Notes under the pieces: model-generated
What the model saw: only the letters and a program-made list of their open reading frames with translations
What the model was told of the DNA's origin: nothing
Databases searched by the model: none
Shown: piece by piece, positions 1-17,303 of the stretch
How positions within the stretch are numbered: position 1 is the stretch's first letter
Layout of the letters: each line of letters starts with the position of its first letter
NCBI RefSeq assembly: GCF_006345805.1
Contig: NC_042997.1
Location: forward strand, 47,988,001 to 48,052,000
DNA from: Octopus sinensis
Lineage: Eukaryota
Direction: 5' to 3'
DNA length: 64,000 nucleotides
Position numbers and translations under genes: made by a program

Positions 1-79
1 CAAATCAACACCCTTTGTCGAGCAGTGGTCGGAAGAAACCTACACACACACACAAGCATACCCACACATCTCACACCTC

Positions 80-110
<31 letters not shown>

Positions 111-330
111 CATACATACATACATACATACATACATGCATACATACATACATACATACATACATACATACATACATACATACATACGTACATACATACA
201 TACATACATACATACGACAAACGTCTACCGATTTCACTCACAAGGCCACAATCTGTTGGTTGATGTGGATCTTTAGTAGAAAAAACTAGCCCAATTTCCT
301 TCCTTGGGGACTCAATGCAGCACTGCGGTT
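1..330 (-). mobile_element. Degenerate SINE family B (CORE-like) split by a (CA)/(TACA) microsatellite
   Basis: ATTTCACTCACAAGG and TAGTAGAAAAAACTAGCCC resemble AATCCACTCACAAGG and TAGTAGAAGACACTTGCCC of better copies (37230-37640, 51255-51726). Confidence 0.4.
42..214. repeat. (CA)n/(TACA)n microsatellite
   Basis: Direct reading; source of the HTYI/MYVC pseudo-ORFs. Confidence 0.97.
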
Positions 331-2802
331 TTGAGAATCAAATACGTAAAGAAGCATACAAATAAAACAAGCAAGTTTCTAAAACTTTATTTAAGGTGTT
401 CAGACAGTCTTTACAAAAGCTTCCGAACTGTAACTTAAACCACTAAGGCTCTGTGTTCAATTTAATTCTTCAAATCACTCCAGTAAATGAAGCCTTATGA
501 TTCTGTTATATATCATATTTTCATTCATTGTTTCTTCTTGCCTGTCTCAATTTCTCTTGGTATTCCACTCATCATACGGATTTCGCCCTGATATTTCATA
601 TATCTCTAGATAAAGATTTTGACAGTTTTACTTGCATGTCATTCGAGAAGCATGTTGTATTTGCTATTACAGAAACAAGTAGTACATGTTTTGTATTTTG
701 CTAGGAAATTTGAATGAGTATATGGTATCCTTTTTGTTTCGTTATCTGAAGTGTATCATTTCTTAACATATTCTATGCTTTGTTTTCAGATGGACTATTT
801 TCCTTTTCTGTGCCACTTGCTGGAGCACTTGGCGGAAAGCCTTTTTAACCCTTGATATTTATTCCATTTCAATTCACACGAATAAAAATCAACCAGCCAG
901 CCAGAATTTCCTCCATTTTAAGTGACCACTAGACCGCGTAACTTTATGCTTATTTTCCTTTCATTTCCTTTTTCTATTATTGATTCGAATATGCGAAGTG
1001 GTACGTTGGAAGTTTCGTAGACTTCACAGCCTTCTGTACATTGCTGACAATTAGCGGCGGGAAGGATTTAATTCTATTATTTCCACAACATTAAACAAAG
1101 TATAACTAGCAAGCAAAAATTTGCGAGAATATGTGAAAGAAAGCGAGTAGGCAATCCTACCCAATCTGATTCGCATAATTCAGACTGCAATAAATTTCCT
1201 CATAATTTTGTCATGAAACCAGTGTAACTCGCCATAAGTAATGATGAGAAAGCAATTTCTAAAAAATGTCTTCATATCTCTGGGATAGCTGTGTTAGCAA
1301 ATTAGTGATTGGCAAACTTCTAAGCAGGAACATGTCAGACGTTCATCAACATACAAGGGATTTTATTGTAATCCAGCTGGTTTATTAATATTTGGTTCAC
1401 TATTCCAAATTGCGGAATTACATGAGATTAGCTATAATTAGGTCTTATGAAACGTAATGTCGTTCTATGCCATCATCCTGAAGTAATGTACTTTTTTCTG
1501 TATTTCTTTTTCTTTTCTGCTTTTCTTTATTTTTTGTCACTGATAGGATAATGTACTGCGGAACAATATTTCGGACACACTTTTCTGAGTTGTTATTTAT
1601 ATTTGCAATGAACTTCATAAACATACATTTGTTGGAAAAATGTGAAAAGTATAAAAGTAACTCAGAAGCACTGATCTAAATACGAACTTCTTTGCGGACA
1701 AAAATACCTATAAAATAAAAAAAATTCCATGATTTTGAACTTTCAACTGTTGCAGGGATGGCGTGAAACCAAGGCTCAAACTTGATTACAAAACAGTAAA
1801 TCAAAGAACAACAATACTGTCTTCTGAGCAACATCAGTATCAATCACTAGCTCTTATCAGACTTACGCCAAGGAATACTGCTGGTACCTAGGAATGAATA
1901 AGATTCTTATTCATGAGATTTATACAGGAATGACCTAGACACAGAACATATCTATTTAATAAAAGCAAATATTCACAGATTTGCTGAAATAAATTTACTG
2001 CTCGCAGTGTGTTCGCCGTAACATGCTATCATTTGCAATTCTCGATTGGATGCGATATGGTATCCAAGCCGTTCATATTAAAACTTCAATCTATTAATTT
2101 CCATCGGAAATTTTGGTATCATTAATGATACTGATCTCTACTACATAAATCGATAATTCGGAAGTTGATGCTAAATATCGATTTCAAAAGCATTTGAATA
2201 TCACGTCACATCCCTTCGAAATTATCCATAAAACACCAAGTGTCGAAGTGCATCCATGGATCAAGTGCATTAATTATGCAAATAACGTCATAAGCATAAA
2301 AAAAGGGGCTTCGCGAAAATGATAACCTGACTGATGGTGAGAGAGATACAGCAGGAATATACACAGAAATATACACACAGAGATGATGCTGTGCTATATC
2401 GCAACAGATCAGAAGATGGTATGCATGCTACTTTCAGTAGAAAGTTATCTATAACTAAATTATCAGAAGACATCGGAGTCACGATATCATAGATAAACGC
2501 AGTATATATAGATATGTGCAGCAGATGTATTATGTGTATATTTACATTTACTTGTAGTCGGTTTTGCATAAACAACCAGTTTATTAATTCTCAATTTGTG
2601 AGACATTGCAATCTTGGAACAAGAAAACAACAAAATAACTCATTATATAGAAAGTAAGCGATACGTGTAAAACCCCTAGATGTGACAATCTGTATACGAT
2701 CTGAAGAACTAACAGCCGAATATAAAAACCGACATTATAAGTAGCTGTCCGATAACAAAACGATAGGCCGATATCGTTGGCAAAGCAGTACTCAATCTCT
2801 AA

Positions 2803-3013
2803 CCTATTTCTTTATTACCCACAAGGGGCTAAACACAGAGGGGACAAACAAGGACAGACAAACGATTAAGTCGATTACATCGACCCCAGTGCGTAACTGG
2901 TACTTAATTTATCGACCCCAAAAGGATGAAAGGCAAAGTCGATCTCGGCGGAATGTGAACTCAGAACGTAACAGCAGACGAAATACGGCTACGCATTTCG
3001 CCCGGCGTGCTAA
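2803..3013 (-). mobile_element. tRNA-derived SINE family A, monomer lacking the extreme 5' end
   Basis: Near-identical to 22857-23090 and the units of 39465-40047. Tail is CCTTGTGGGTAATAAAGAAATAGG on the minus strand. Confidence 0.9.
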
Positions 3014-3778
3014 AGAATTTACGGTGATCTCGAAAGTACTCACCGATTATATGAAATTACATTAGTTACATTTAACTTTGAAATCTCAGTAAAATGCAGG
3101 TTTAACTTATCAGGCATAAAGACTTAAGCGTGGATGTTCTGTTACTACAAACTGTACTGCAGTAAATATCATGAGAGAAACTCTCATATTAGTTTTTGAT
3201 GCAATAAACACTCTTGTTAATATAACTATCGGAAAGATAAAAGACCAGGGGTATAAAAAATGAATCTGTGCAGTAGAAGAAAGTAATAAATACAGGTCAT
3301 TGACATTTTATTTAAAATATCTGTCAGTGTAGATTAAATATCAGCTGCTACTCTCATTCATACTATCTGATACAATCAATTTAACAGATTCACTCATTTC
3401 CGCATACGTGATCAGGCGTCGAGCTTCAAATCAGGAATAAGTTTTCTGAGAGCTTAAGGTCTACCTTGAGGAAAATGCATTATGATTGCCTTTAATTCAG
3501 CAATTTTCAAAGATGTGTTTAGTGGATAAATCAATCTCAGTATTTGATTGGTACGTAATGCTAACAACTCTGCATTTACGGACAACAAACTCGCCGGTGT
3601 TAAATCCGGAGGAAAGCAAAGCGTAGCATGCATTTTCATCCATGTAATTTTGTGGATATTTTTATTTAGGTATATGTGTGTACATATCATGTAGAATTAT
3701 ATTATATTGTGTGTATGTTTGAGCATTTTACTAACCAGATTCCTGCATCAAATGCTGCTGCGGTGAGTGTCTGATCTT

Positions 3779-3779
3779 C

Positions 3780-3821
<42 letters not shown>

Positions 3822-3886
3822 TCCCTAGTTTTGCTGCATCTCTCATAGTGAAGCTAGTTAAAGATTTACACACACATACACACACA

Positions 3887-3938
<52 letters not shown>

Positions 3939-4014
3939 AGAGAGAGAGAAATAAAATTTACTTGGAAGAGGATGCTGGCCGTTCAGTCATATAATAATAT
4001 AAATAATATATATA

Positions 4015-4065
<51 letters not shown>

Positions 4066-4100
4066 TATATTCATACGTATAAGTACATAATTACATCTAT
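3779..4100. repeat. (TA)n and (CA)n microsatellites
   Basis: Direct reading. Confidence 0.95.
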
Positions 4101-5040
4101 ATGTATATATATAAGCATATATGGGCACAGGACGTCATGAAATGTGTACAACAAAAAATACAAAGTACGAGTACATGGAATATAAACTATTTTCTCGAAC
4201 AACGAAATACACAAAGGGAAAACAAGACAAACAACATGAAGAACAGCCCTTCGTCAGTTGTTAGCTGTTTTCTACTCTTGTATTTCGAGCATTATATGTA
4301 CGTACATATATATATATATATATATATATACAGAGAGAGAGAGAGGAGAGAGAGAGAGAATGGTAGTGCCCCAGCTTTGCCGAATGTCTCATACTGAAGC
4401 TAGTTAAAAATTTATATATGTGTGTGAGTGTGTGTGTGCGTATGTGTGTGTAATAATATATATATATACATATACATGTAAATATATTTATACACTCATA
4501 CACACCTACACCCACACACATATTATACTCATACAGTCAGTCATATGAGACTAAATGCGAATATCATTTATATTGCCGTGCATGTTTATGCATACGTATG
4601 TGCGCCTAATCACAAAAGAAACGAAGTTGAAATAACCCTATCCTTCCCACTCTCCTCTGCCATTGAACAAGCGCAGCTCTATTAAATTGATCGAGACACT
4701 TATTCACGCCAAAGACGCGAACAGAAATATATACATAAAATAAATAAAAACAAAGATTAGTCAAGCACCGAGTATTGAGGTCATCACTCGGTGAAGCTGT
4801 TTATGTCCATGAAATTAATGAAAATATAAATAAATTGATGAAAATTGCTGAAGGTTAATAAAGGAACGGAAGAAACTGAACCCATATTGAAAAGAAGCAA
4901 TTATAAAATAATGCTTTGAAGGCGAGCAGCCGATATGAACCAACTTCACATGCGTTTTCTTTTTCTGTTCTTCCATTTTTTCTTTCGTAGTAAAGCTGTA
5001 TTTTTAAATCTTATTCTTGAATATGAACTTCTAAAATATT

Positions 5041-5612
5041 CTTTACTACTGAATTTTTGATGACAGGAGGCCGGTCGATTACATCGATCCCAGTACGCTA
5101 CTGGTACTTAATTTATTCACCCCGAAAGGATGAAAGGCAATGTCGACCTCGGTGGAATTTGAACTCAGAACGTAAAGACAAACGAAATACCTATTTCTTT
5201 ACTACCCACAAGGGGCTAAATACAGAGAGGACAAACAAGGACAGACAAAGGGATTAAGTCGATTATATCGACCCCAGTGCGTAAGTCGTACTTATTTAAT
5301 CGACCCCGAAAGGATGAAAGGCAAAGTCGACCTCGGCGGAATTTGAACTCAGAACGTAGCGGCAGACGAAATACCTATTTCTTTACTACCCACAAGGGGT
5401 TAAACACAGAAGGGACAAACAAGGACAGACCAACGGATTAAGTCGATTACATCGACCCCAGTGCGTAACTGGTAGTTATTTATTCGACCCCGAAAGGATG
5501 AAATGCAAAGTCGACCTCGACGGAATTTGAACTCAGAACGTAACGGCAGACGAAATACCGATAAGCATTTCGTCGGAAGTGTTTACGTTTCTACCAGCTC
5601 GCCGCCTTAGCT
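5041..5612 (-). mobile_element. SINE family A trimer (one head plus three ~184-bp bodies) with 13-bp TSD
   Basis: Head TAAGGCGGCGAGCTGG at 5609; B-box-like GAGTTCAAATTCC in each unit; junctions GAAATAC|CTATTTC at ~5190 and ~5374; flanks CTTCTAAAATATT (5028-5040) and CTTCTACAATATT (5613-5625). Confidence 0.9.
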
Positions 5613-6093
5613 CTTCTACAATATTAGTTGCTGTTACATTCCTTTTAGCTGATGTTTATTTTGCTCCACTGATTGTTATTTAACGAATGAGTGTGACTGA
5701 CATAGTAGAAAGCAACACAAAATAAATAACACCGCTAAATATTTTCAGTTAGATTTTTCGCTCACAAATCTGGATTAACTCACAAGCTACGAGGCTCACA
5801 CTTGCCTTAGCTGTCGCTTAAGAATTGTGATTAGATCAAGGCACACACTCTGGAAAAGAATTGTATTATTTCTATTTATCTGGTCTAAGCGTATTTTTAT
5901 TATCGTAATACCAGCATGATCAAAAACTGTGACTCTTTTATTCAGAATGTAGACGCGTTTTCTTTAGAATTAGAGCATTTCAAAAGAAGACGGAAGAATA
6001 AAGAAAACAAATTCACATAGCAGATCTGAACAAATGAAACAAAAAAAAGGATAAGGATCCCTGCCCAACCACTTCACCTCCTCTCACTATAGG

Positions 6094-6133
<40 letters not shown>

Positions 6134-6210
6134 AATAAAACTTTACGCACGCCTAGAGACGTACACATATACATACACATGTTAATACACCCGTTAAAAT
6201 ATGAATATAT

Positions 6211-6608
6211 TAAGGTGGCGAGCTGGCAGAACCGTTAGCACACCGGGCGAAATGCTTAGCAGTATTTCGCCTGTCGTTACGCTGTGAGCTCAAATTCCGC
6301 CGAAGTCGACTTTGCGTTTCATCCTTTCGGGGTCAATTAAAAAAGTACTAGTTCCTCACTGGGGTCGATATAATCGACTTAATCCGTTCGTCTGTCCTTG
6401 TTTGTCCCCTCTGTGTTTAGCCCCTTGTGGGTAGTAAAGAAACAGCTATTTCTACTGACTTTACATTCTGAGTTCAAATTCCGCTGTGGTCGAATTTGCC
6501 TTTCATCCTTTCGGCGGCGATAAATTAAGTACCAGTTGCGTACTGGTTCGATCTAATCGTCTGGGCCCCTCTCCAAAAATTTGAGGCCCTGTGCCTAGAG
6601 TAAAAAAG
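6211..6608 (+). mobile_element. SINE family A dimer
   Basis: Head TAAGGTGGCGAGCTGGCAG; junction ~6446 (GAAACAGCTATTTC); the second unit ends in the alternative tail GGCCCTGTGCCTAGAGTAAAAAAG. Confidence 0.88.
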
Positions 6609-6981
6609 ACTATAAGGAAATGCAGTGTTCATTCCTCTTGCAACACTTCAAAATCTGTAATTTGAGTTCGATTGACTCCTCAGCGTTTGTATTTATTTTT
6701 GCCACGATCAAGCAATTTTTTGCGCGCGCGTCTGCGTATTTGTGTTGTTTTGTGTATATGTGCGTGCGAGCGTGTGTGTATATGTGTCTACGTCTGTGTT
6801 TGTTTATGAGTGTGACCATTATTCAACGTATGTGTATGTTCCTGTGAATCGATATATTAGTGCTTGTTACGTGTTTTGAAGGCTTTTGACACGTAAGTTT
6901 TATCAGGTCAAACTACCACGTAGAGACTAGGTTACTGCTTTCACAACAGTTAATCCCTCATGGAACATATCTATAATAAAC

Positions 6982-7005
6982 CTTTCTGCCAGCTCGCCGC
7001 CTTAC
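6982..7005 (-). mobile_element. SINE family A head fragment
   Basis: TTTCTGCCAGCTCGCCGCCTTA is identical to the head at 40026-40047. Confidence 0.6.
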
Positions 7006-8334
7006 TACAGTTCTTTATAAGCAAAAAAAAAAAATAGACAGTATGGCTACGGCACGACACATCTTTCGTGGTCTGCTCGATCGCAAGTATTCTTTTGTTT
7101 AACCTCAACAACTATACACTAATCTATATATTCTGCCTTAGCCTTTAAAATACTCTGTTGTGTCTGGGGAGAGTCGTTTTCTTTTTGTGTCTTTCAATGT
7201 AACACACTCACCAGTAAAATTTCCACTTTTTTTTTCTTATTTTTATTTTCCAAAACATTCGTTGCGTCTTGCAAGCTTTTGAATAGTTTTGACTCTAAAA
7301 TACTGTTTTTCAGAAATATTTTTCACTTTAAAATACTGTTTTTCAGAAATGCAAAGTAAATAATGGAATTGCTACTCCTGTCCATTCCCTGTCTAGTCGT
7401 TATTGGGAAGACTTATTAAAAAAGCATAGCAGTCGTTGATATCTCAAATTATCGATATGATAGTAGTCGCTCGTAGTCCGAGAAAGATGGTTCTGAAATT
7501 TCATGTTTAAACATCACAAAATGATTTGTTACTAGTGATAAAATGATAGTGCTCACGTAAACTCACTTTTTGTGTCAATCGACATTGCCTGTAAAAGGAA
7601 TTTTCCTTCAGTGAGTTGTCCGATGATACATAAACATTATAGTAATGTTTTTCACACGGCCAGTTAACATTAGCAGTATTTTTTCAACAAACTGTTTAAC
7701 CATACATAACAAGTCTTGTTACACATTTCTATATCCGTATATTATCGACAAATTAGCAAGCCACTGATGTTGTTGAACTAATTAGATGACCTCTGTAATT
7801 CTACTTAAATTTCCAATTGTACTTTCGCTACAATTATTAACCTCCTTTTCCTCTTCTCTGTCTCGTTAAAACAGGATTCTTCTAAATTTTTTCCTTCTGT
7901 ATCATCCTAGCATTCTTCTAGAACCGAAGCCCTTACTAATTGGATTCTTACTCTACATACGATTGGTGTTATCTCCGAGCAAGGCTTAATAAGGAAGTAA
8001 ACTGACAAGAGAGGAAAGGGAGAAGAAGAGAGAGAGTATGTATGTGTTTGTGTGAGCGTGTGTGTGAAGAAGGATTACTGATAAGACACAGAGAGAAATT
8101 ACATACTAACAAATTGTCTCTTTTTATGGCATCTCGATTGGGCATCATGGCGATGACCGTCATTATCATCATCATCTTAATTTCAATTTCTTGAGGATTT
8201 CATTGACATTTACAGGCGGAAGGTTTTAAGACGAATTCCTCCCATTGCTCTCTTAATGTCAATTATTGTTGTAGCGTTTATTACTTTCATTTCTAGGTTT
8301 CATTATGGTTACGAAGATTCTGATGATTGAGGGC

Positions 8335-8341
8335 GAATGAC

Positions 8342-8373
<32 letters not shown>

Positions 8374-8399
8374 CGACGATGATGACGATGACGATGATA

Positions 8400-8442
<43 letters not shown>

Positions 8443-8470
8443 CAATGACAATGATGATGATGATGATAAT
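8335..8470. repeat. (GAT)n microsatellite
   Basis: Direct reading; source of the poly-D/H/S ORFs. Confidence 0.97.
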
Positions 8471-8615
8471 GATCTATGTCGTGTTTTGACATTTAGCATG
8501 TTATCTTAGTTCTTGTCCTAAATCACCACATAGCAAGGGAAGCCCAAAGGTCATCACCTTTTTTCTTTTACCAGGAACTCTTTTCAAAGAAAGATATATG
8601 GATACGCCTGGAGAT

Positions 8616-10830
<2,215 letters not shown>

Positions 10831-11569
10831 GATATGGAAATATATATATGAATGCTTACATATATTAAACATAATCTTAAACACATATACACATATAGGT
10901 GTATATGCATATGTGTATGCATCTATATAAATTCATTTGAAAAATGCATAAATACATAATTGTTGAGAAAGATACTCATTCAAACATACATATATGTAAA
11001 TGTATGTATAATCTTAATATATCTCGATGCGTATATTTCCAAATATGTGTGTGCATGTGCGTATGGGGGAAGGCATACTGGTATATGATTCGTGCATGCA
11101 TATAAATATATTACTTATTATTTTTTCCGTTCCTTTCACGAGCATATGTAAAAGAAATAAACTAGGAACTGTTTTATCTGGAATTTTTAGACAGGAGTGC
11201 CGAATCGATATCTTGAAATAAATAAATAAGTAACAATCTGATTCCCTCTATCCCGAAACCACATGCGCACAGGAGCACGCAGACACACACACACGCACAC
11301 AGTCATACACACAAACACACACACATACACACACATGTACAGATACAGATACACACACATACCTCCCAAACATACACACGGTCGAACTGAAGCGTGCATA
11401 CTATCTCCAACCTTTCGTATGAAAGAAACTTATAGTGTAAAAATGATACAGGGTGGAATGACATTAAAATTTGAAAAGAACTTTCGTTTTTATTCCTCTT
11501 TACGATACAAAGAATTATATTACAATGAAAAATAAACAAAAATGTTGACTTTCTACATACATATACCTA

Positions 11570-11649
11570 TGTGTATGTGTGTGCGTCCGTGTGCTTATGT
11601 ATGTATTTATATACATTTATATGTATAGATATATATATATGTGCGTGTG

Positions 11650-11701
<52 letters not shown>

Positions 11702-11754
11702 CATACAGATATATACATATTTATACATATATATAAATATATATATATGTATAC

Positions 11755-11788
<34 letters not shown>

Positions 11789-13992
11789 ATATATATATAT
11801 ATACGTTTACCAATTTGTGTTGCAAGATTCCTGATGTAAAACCGTGTGTATATGTATGTGTATATATATATACACACATACATGCAAGGTGAGCAAAAAT
11901 GTACGTACCCCGTTATACACGTATATACACATATGCATAAGCATAAAACATATATATATATATATACACAAACATGTATTTGTATATATAAATTTTCTCC
12001 GGTAATAAATAGTTATATGAAATCAATACAGGAATCGGATACATTAAATATACGTATGTCTATTAGAAGATTTTCTATATATTTATATTATTTTGTAAGA
12101 TTAGATAATGAGAAAGGGTAGGAAATATATAGATTTGTTTACGGGCAATGTTTGTAAATGCATATGAAATCTGTTGATAAGGCGATCAGAAAATTGAATG
12201 GAATGAGAAAATGAAAAAGCGGAAATCTAAATTTGAGAAACACCGATTCTATAACACATCGGACGTTTATTGATCTGTTTATTTATTTTCTAAATAAATA
12301 TACATGTTTCCTAATAGTGTGTGTACGTGTACATACGTATGTAATTCCATGCAGATATAAGTATAAATATATGTGTATTGATACATAAATATATGCATAG
12401 CGATGTATTACTATGTGTGTGCGTGCGTCTGTCTGTGGGGACAGCGTGTGTGTGTGTGTGTGTTGAAAAAGATAAAGTGAAAGGCAGTTTGCGGTGATGC
12501 TTGGTAAATGCACAATACAAAGATAGCATATCTGAGTTCCATAAATGAAACACATCGGATAATATCAATTATGTGTGTGTATGTTTCTGAATGTATATAG
12601 ATGTATATGTATGTGTGTGAGTGTGTGTACATACCAACACACACACACACACATATACACCCACATATATGAATATACACACACTCACACATTCACACAC
12701 ACATATATATACATATATATATATATATATGTGTATATATATATGCATATATATGTGTGTGCGTGTATATATATGCACATACGTAGAAAACAACAAACAT
12801 GCATAAATATATACATACAAACACACATACAAGCATACATATATGTATAGATATATACATACATGCTAATACCTATCTACCTACACATACATACATACAT
12901 ACACACATACATACATACATACATACATACATACATACATACATACATACATACACATACATACATACATACATACATACATACATACATACATACATAC
13001 ATAATACATACACACATACATACATACATACATACATACATACATAATACATACACACATACATACTACATACATACATACATACTACATACATACATAC
13101 ATACATACATACATACATACATACCATACATACATACATACATCATACATACATACTGACATATACATACATACATACATACATACATACATACATGCAT
13201 ACATACATACATACATACATACATACATACATACATGCATACATACATACATGCATACACACATACATGCATACATACATACTGACATACATACATACAT
13301 ACATACATACACACATACACACATACATACATACACACATACATACATACATACTGACATACATACATACATACATACATACATACATACATACTGACAT
13401 ACATACATACATACATACATACATACATGAATACATACATACATACATACATACATACATACATTCATACATACATACATACATACATACATACATTCAT
13501 ACATACACACATACATACATACACACATACATACATACATACATACACACATACATATACATACATACTGACATACATACATACATACATACATACATAC
13601 ATACATACATACATACATTCATACATACACACATACATACATACACACATACATACATACATACATACATACACATACATACATACATACATGCATAAAT
13701 ACATACATACATACATACATACATACATACATACATACATACATACATACATACATTCATACATACACACATACATACATACACACATACATACATACTG
13801 ACATACATACATACATACATACACACATACACACATACATACATACACACATACATACATACATACTGACATACATACATAATACATACATACATACACA
13901 TACATACATACATACATACATACATACATACATACATACATACATACATACATACATACATACATACATACATACATACATACATACATACA
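11570..13992. repeat. Mixed TA/CA arrays ending in a ~1.1-kb (TACA)n array (12883-13992)
   Basis: Direct reading; variant units ACTG, ATTC and ACAC are interspersed. Confidence 0.96.
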
Positions 13993-14457
13993 TGAATGCT
14001 GTACATTCATCAATGTTACATCGCTCACAAAGACGATCAGGTTGTCGCTGTATGTACTTTCGAAAACCTATGCAGGTACTTCTCTGTTGAGAGATTTTGT
14101 TTCATGGAAGCGCTAGACTGTACTTCCTATATGACAGCTGTAACCAAAATTTTACAGAAGAGATGAAACGTAACAATTCATTAACAATTGTTTTTCTGCA
14201 TATTTGTAAATTATCTACGGCTGCATATGCGTCAATTTACGACACAAATTGAGAGGTCAAGCTCAGATGTATATTTCCAGGATATAGGAGTGGATGAACA
14301 TTCATATTTATCAATCAGTTGCAGTAAGTAATTCATTAAGTAACAAAGACTAGTACATTTAATATTTGCTTAATTTTGAAATATTTTTTCAAACATTGTA
14401 TGAGGTGGTGCTGAAAATTTACTGGAGGATCGTAAGAACGTACATGAGGAACGTAAA

Positions 14458-14693
14458 AAGGCGGCGAGCTGGCAGAAATGTTAGCACGCCGGGCGAAATG
14501 CTTAGCGGTAGAAGAAATGGGTATTTCTTCTGTCGCTACGTTCTGAGTTCAAATTCCGCCGAGGTTGACTTTGCCTTTCATCCTTTCGGGGTCGATTAAA
14601 TAATTACCAGTTACGCACTAGGGTCGATATAATCGACTTAATCTGTTTGTCTGTCCTCTGTGTGTAGCCCCTTGTGGGTAGTAAAGAAATAAG
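14458..14693 (+). mobile_element. SINE family A, head plus tail remnant plus body
   Basis: AAGGCGGCGAGCTGGCAGAAATGTTAGC head; extra AGAAGAAATGG before GTATTTC; full body and tail. Confidence 0.9.
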
Positions 14694-15145
14694 ATTTTAT
14701 TCAGCATATTTTCCTCTCAGATTTACCCATTTATTCAGTTTTTCCAAGTCCCGTAAAAGAATTCGGGAGTTTAAACCTCCATCCATACTTTTCGGGATCT
14801 CCTTAAAGCCAAGAATTATTCGCCACCACTTCACGAGAGAATTAATATCATGTTCCCTATGTTTGAATTGTACGACTGCGTGCGTATGTGTGCGCGCGCG
14901 CATGTGTGTGCATGAACGTGTGTATATGTGTGCGCCTGTGTTCACTGGTTTCTTGTATACTGGTTTTCTTATTCTATAGTGCTGGGAATTAAAAATATAC
15001 TTATATACGGTTAGGACATTATTTTACAGTGTTTTACAAAGTTTACCTACAACTTGCAGATTATTTCATTTCTCGAACAGCCAAGACGGATCATGATTTA
15101 TTTTGTCGCTATTTACTAAACGGGCTGAAACTAAACACGATTTTA

Positions 15146-15293
15146 CCGGAGGTCGACTTTGCCTTCCATCCTATCGGGGTCGATAAATTAAGTACGAGTT
15201 ACGCACTGGGGTTGATGTAATCGCCTTAATCCCTTTGCCTGTCCTTGTTTGTCCCTTCTATATTTAGCCCCTTGTGGGTAATAATGTAATAAG
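15146..15293 (+). mobile_element. SINE family A, 5'-truncated
   Basis: GGTCGACTTTGCCTTCCATCCTATCGGGGTCGATAAATTAAGTAC...AGCCCCTTGTGGGTAAT. Confidence 0.85.
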
Positions 15294-16346
15294 ATAGATA
15301 GAAGATATCTGAAATCTTGTTTGCACTCATTCCTCCCATTCATTATGCTCCTACTGCTACGTTGTAGCTCCAGTATAAACAGTTTCTGTTAATAAATTAC
15401 AACCGTTCACTAGGTTCTGCTGGATTTCAGACACTGCCATCGACTTTCGAAATCACTCCTTTCAGAGAAAACTTTTCCTGAACGCAATTTCATTCCTATT
15501 TCACTTGTTATGAGCTTCTCTTTGTTTCTTTCATTCTTTCTCTCTTTCTGTCTTCAATTTTGTTTTTTGTTTTTCTCGCATATTGAAATACGAGTGACAA
15601 GTGGTAGATGGATAATGAGAATGTGCCTATCAAATATTTCTCTATTATCAGTAAGGAGGAGTTTCCAGTTTGATGTTCCCTTACACTTCCCGGAATTTTT
15701 CAATAAAGAAAACCACGTCATAGTAGCAAGTCAAACAAAGTTCAGTGCTGATGATTCATGGATTATTGATTTGTTCTCCTCCGAAATTTATTTATTCATT
15801 AATTTATTTATTTTTGTCAGAACTGAACCGAAGTGGTTGTCAATGTCGGTGATAAATGAGAGAAGACGTGTGTGTTCTCCCATCGCTGGAGACGAAATCC
15901 GTCACACTTTTATTTATTTATGATATATTAAATTAAGTGATATATTTCGATGGTAGGAAGAAAACTACACTGAGAGAATAAGAAAACACTTGATACTTAT
16001 ATTTTTATTAATTTATTTATTCCACACGAAGAGAGAGTAAAAATGACATAAGCCGAATATCTAAAGAAATAGAAGAGGCGGAAGTGAAATATTGATATTA
16101 TTCGGTTTGCTTTTTCTAACGTTTAGATTTATGACTGATATTTTCCGTATATCTTTTCAGATACACTTTCAACTAAATAGCTATACATACATACACTCAA
16201 AGATAGATAAACATTGATGACATATATGTCTGTGCCTATAGGTGTGTGCGTATATGTGTATATCTATATGTATGCTTGTGTGCATGTTTGTATGTATGTT
16301 TGTATGTGTAAAAGCATGTATGTACCTATATATGTATCTACACACC

Positions 16347-16421
<75 letters not shown>

Positions 16422-17071
16422 GCATACATACACATACACACACATACGATAGGTGTTCGTAAATTCCTAAATATATATATATGTATATCTCTCTATTTAC
16501 ATCTGTATGTGTATGTGTGCGGGTGTACTTATATATATATATGATGATGATGATGATGAAAGAAATATCAGGATGTTTTTTTCTCAATAGGTATTGTTGC
16601 AGGTACTTTTCTCGCGTTTAGTATATCCGTCTCATTTTGGGGGTTTGACCTATTTATCTCTAGCAGTTGTAATCCTATCACCCCTTATTTTGTACGCTTC
16701 GACTAGGTGGACCACCGGGATTTCATTTTTTGTCCCCTCCTGAAAACTCCCTCTCGAAGTCTTGCTTCAGTCACTGCAATCTAGATCGGGTCTCAGGTGT
16801 CATGGAATACACCCTTGTAGCTTTTTACGGTTGTTTGTGCTCCAACAAATGTTCTGCAAGAAAACATAGGTGAGCTTGCTGGGAAACGCAGTGGGCGATT
16901 TCAAAGCTGACTCAGACTGCATAATATCATTTGAAAAGCGCCTCATCAAACAAGCCCTGCAGTTTGGTTTCCTGCAATTAATAAGAAACAGCTAGTTTGT
17001 TTTCCCAAACGACTCTGATCGTGTTTTCTGATACTGGAGAGGTGAATAATGTTGGGCTGGAGTAGTAATAT

Positions 17072-17124
<53 letters not shown>

Positions 17125-17303
17125 ACCGTGTGTGTGTATTTAATTATTTATGAATTTAATCATTTATATTTATATATATATAAATTTAAGATGAGGGTGA
17201 GCAATTAGATATTAATTTAATTAACATCGATTTCTCACCAGTAGTCTAGCATATAAAAAAGCTGAAGGTTCAGTAATATGTATAGGTCGTATATATGTAT
17301 ATA

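Noticed and set aside
1415-1465. Stem-loop followed by GAAACGTA
   Set aside because: No CUGANGA upstream.
5041-5612. Regularly spaced repeats as a CRISPR array (also 39465-40047)
   Set aside because: Whole 184-bp units repeat with no unique spacers; eukaryotic SINE with TSD.
16600-17040. Higher-GC stretch possibly from an old retroelement
   Set aside because: No diagnostic motif found in manual translation.
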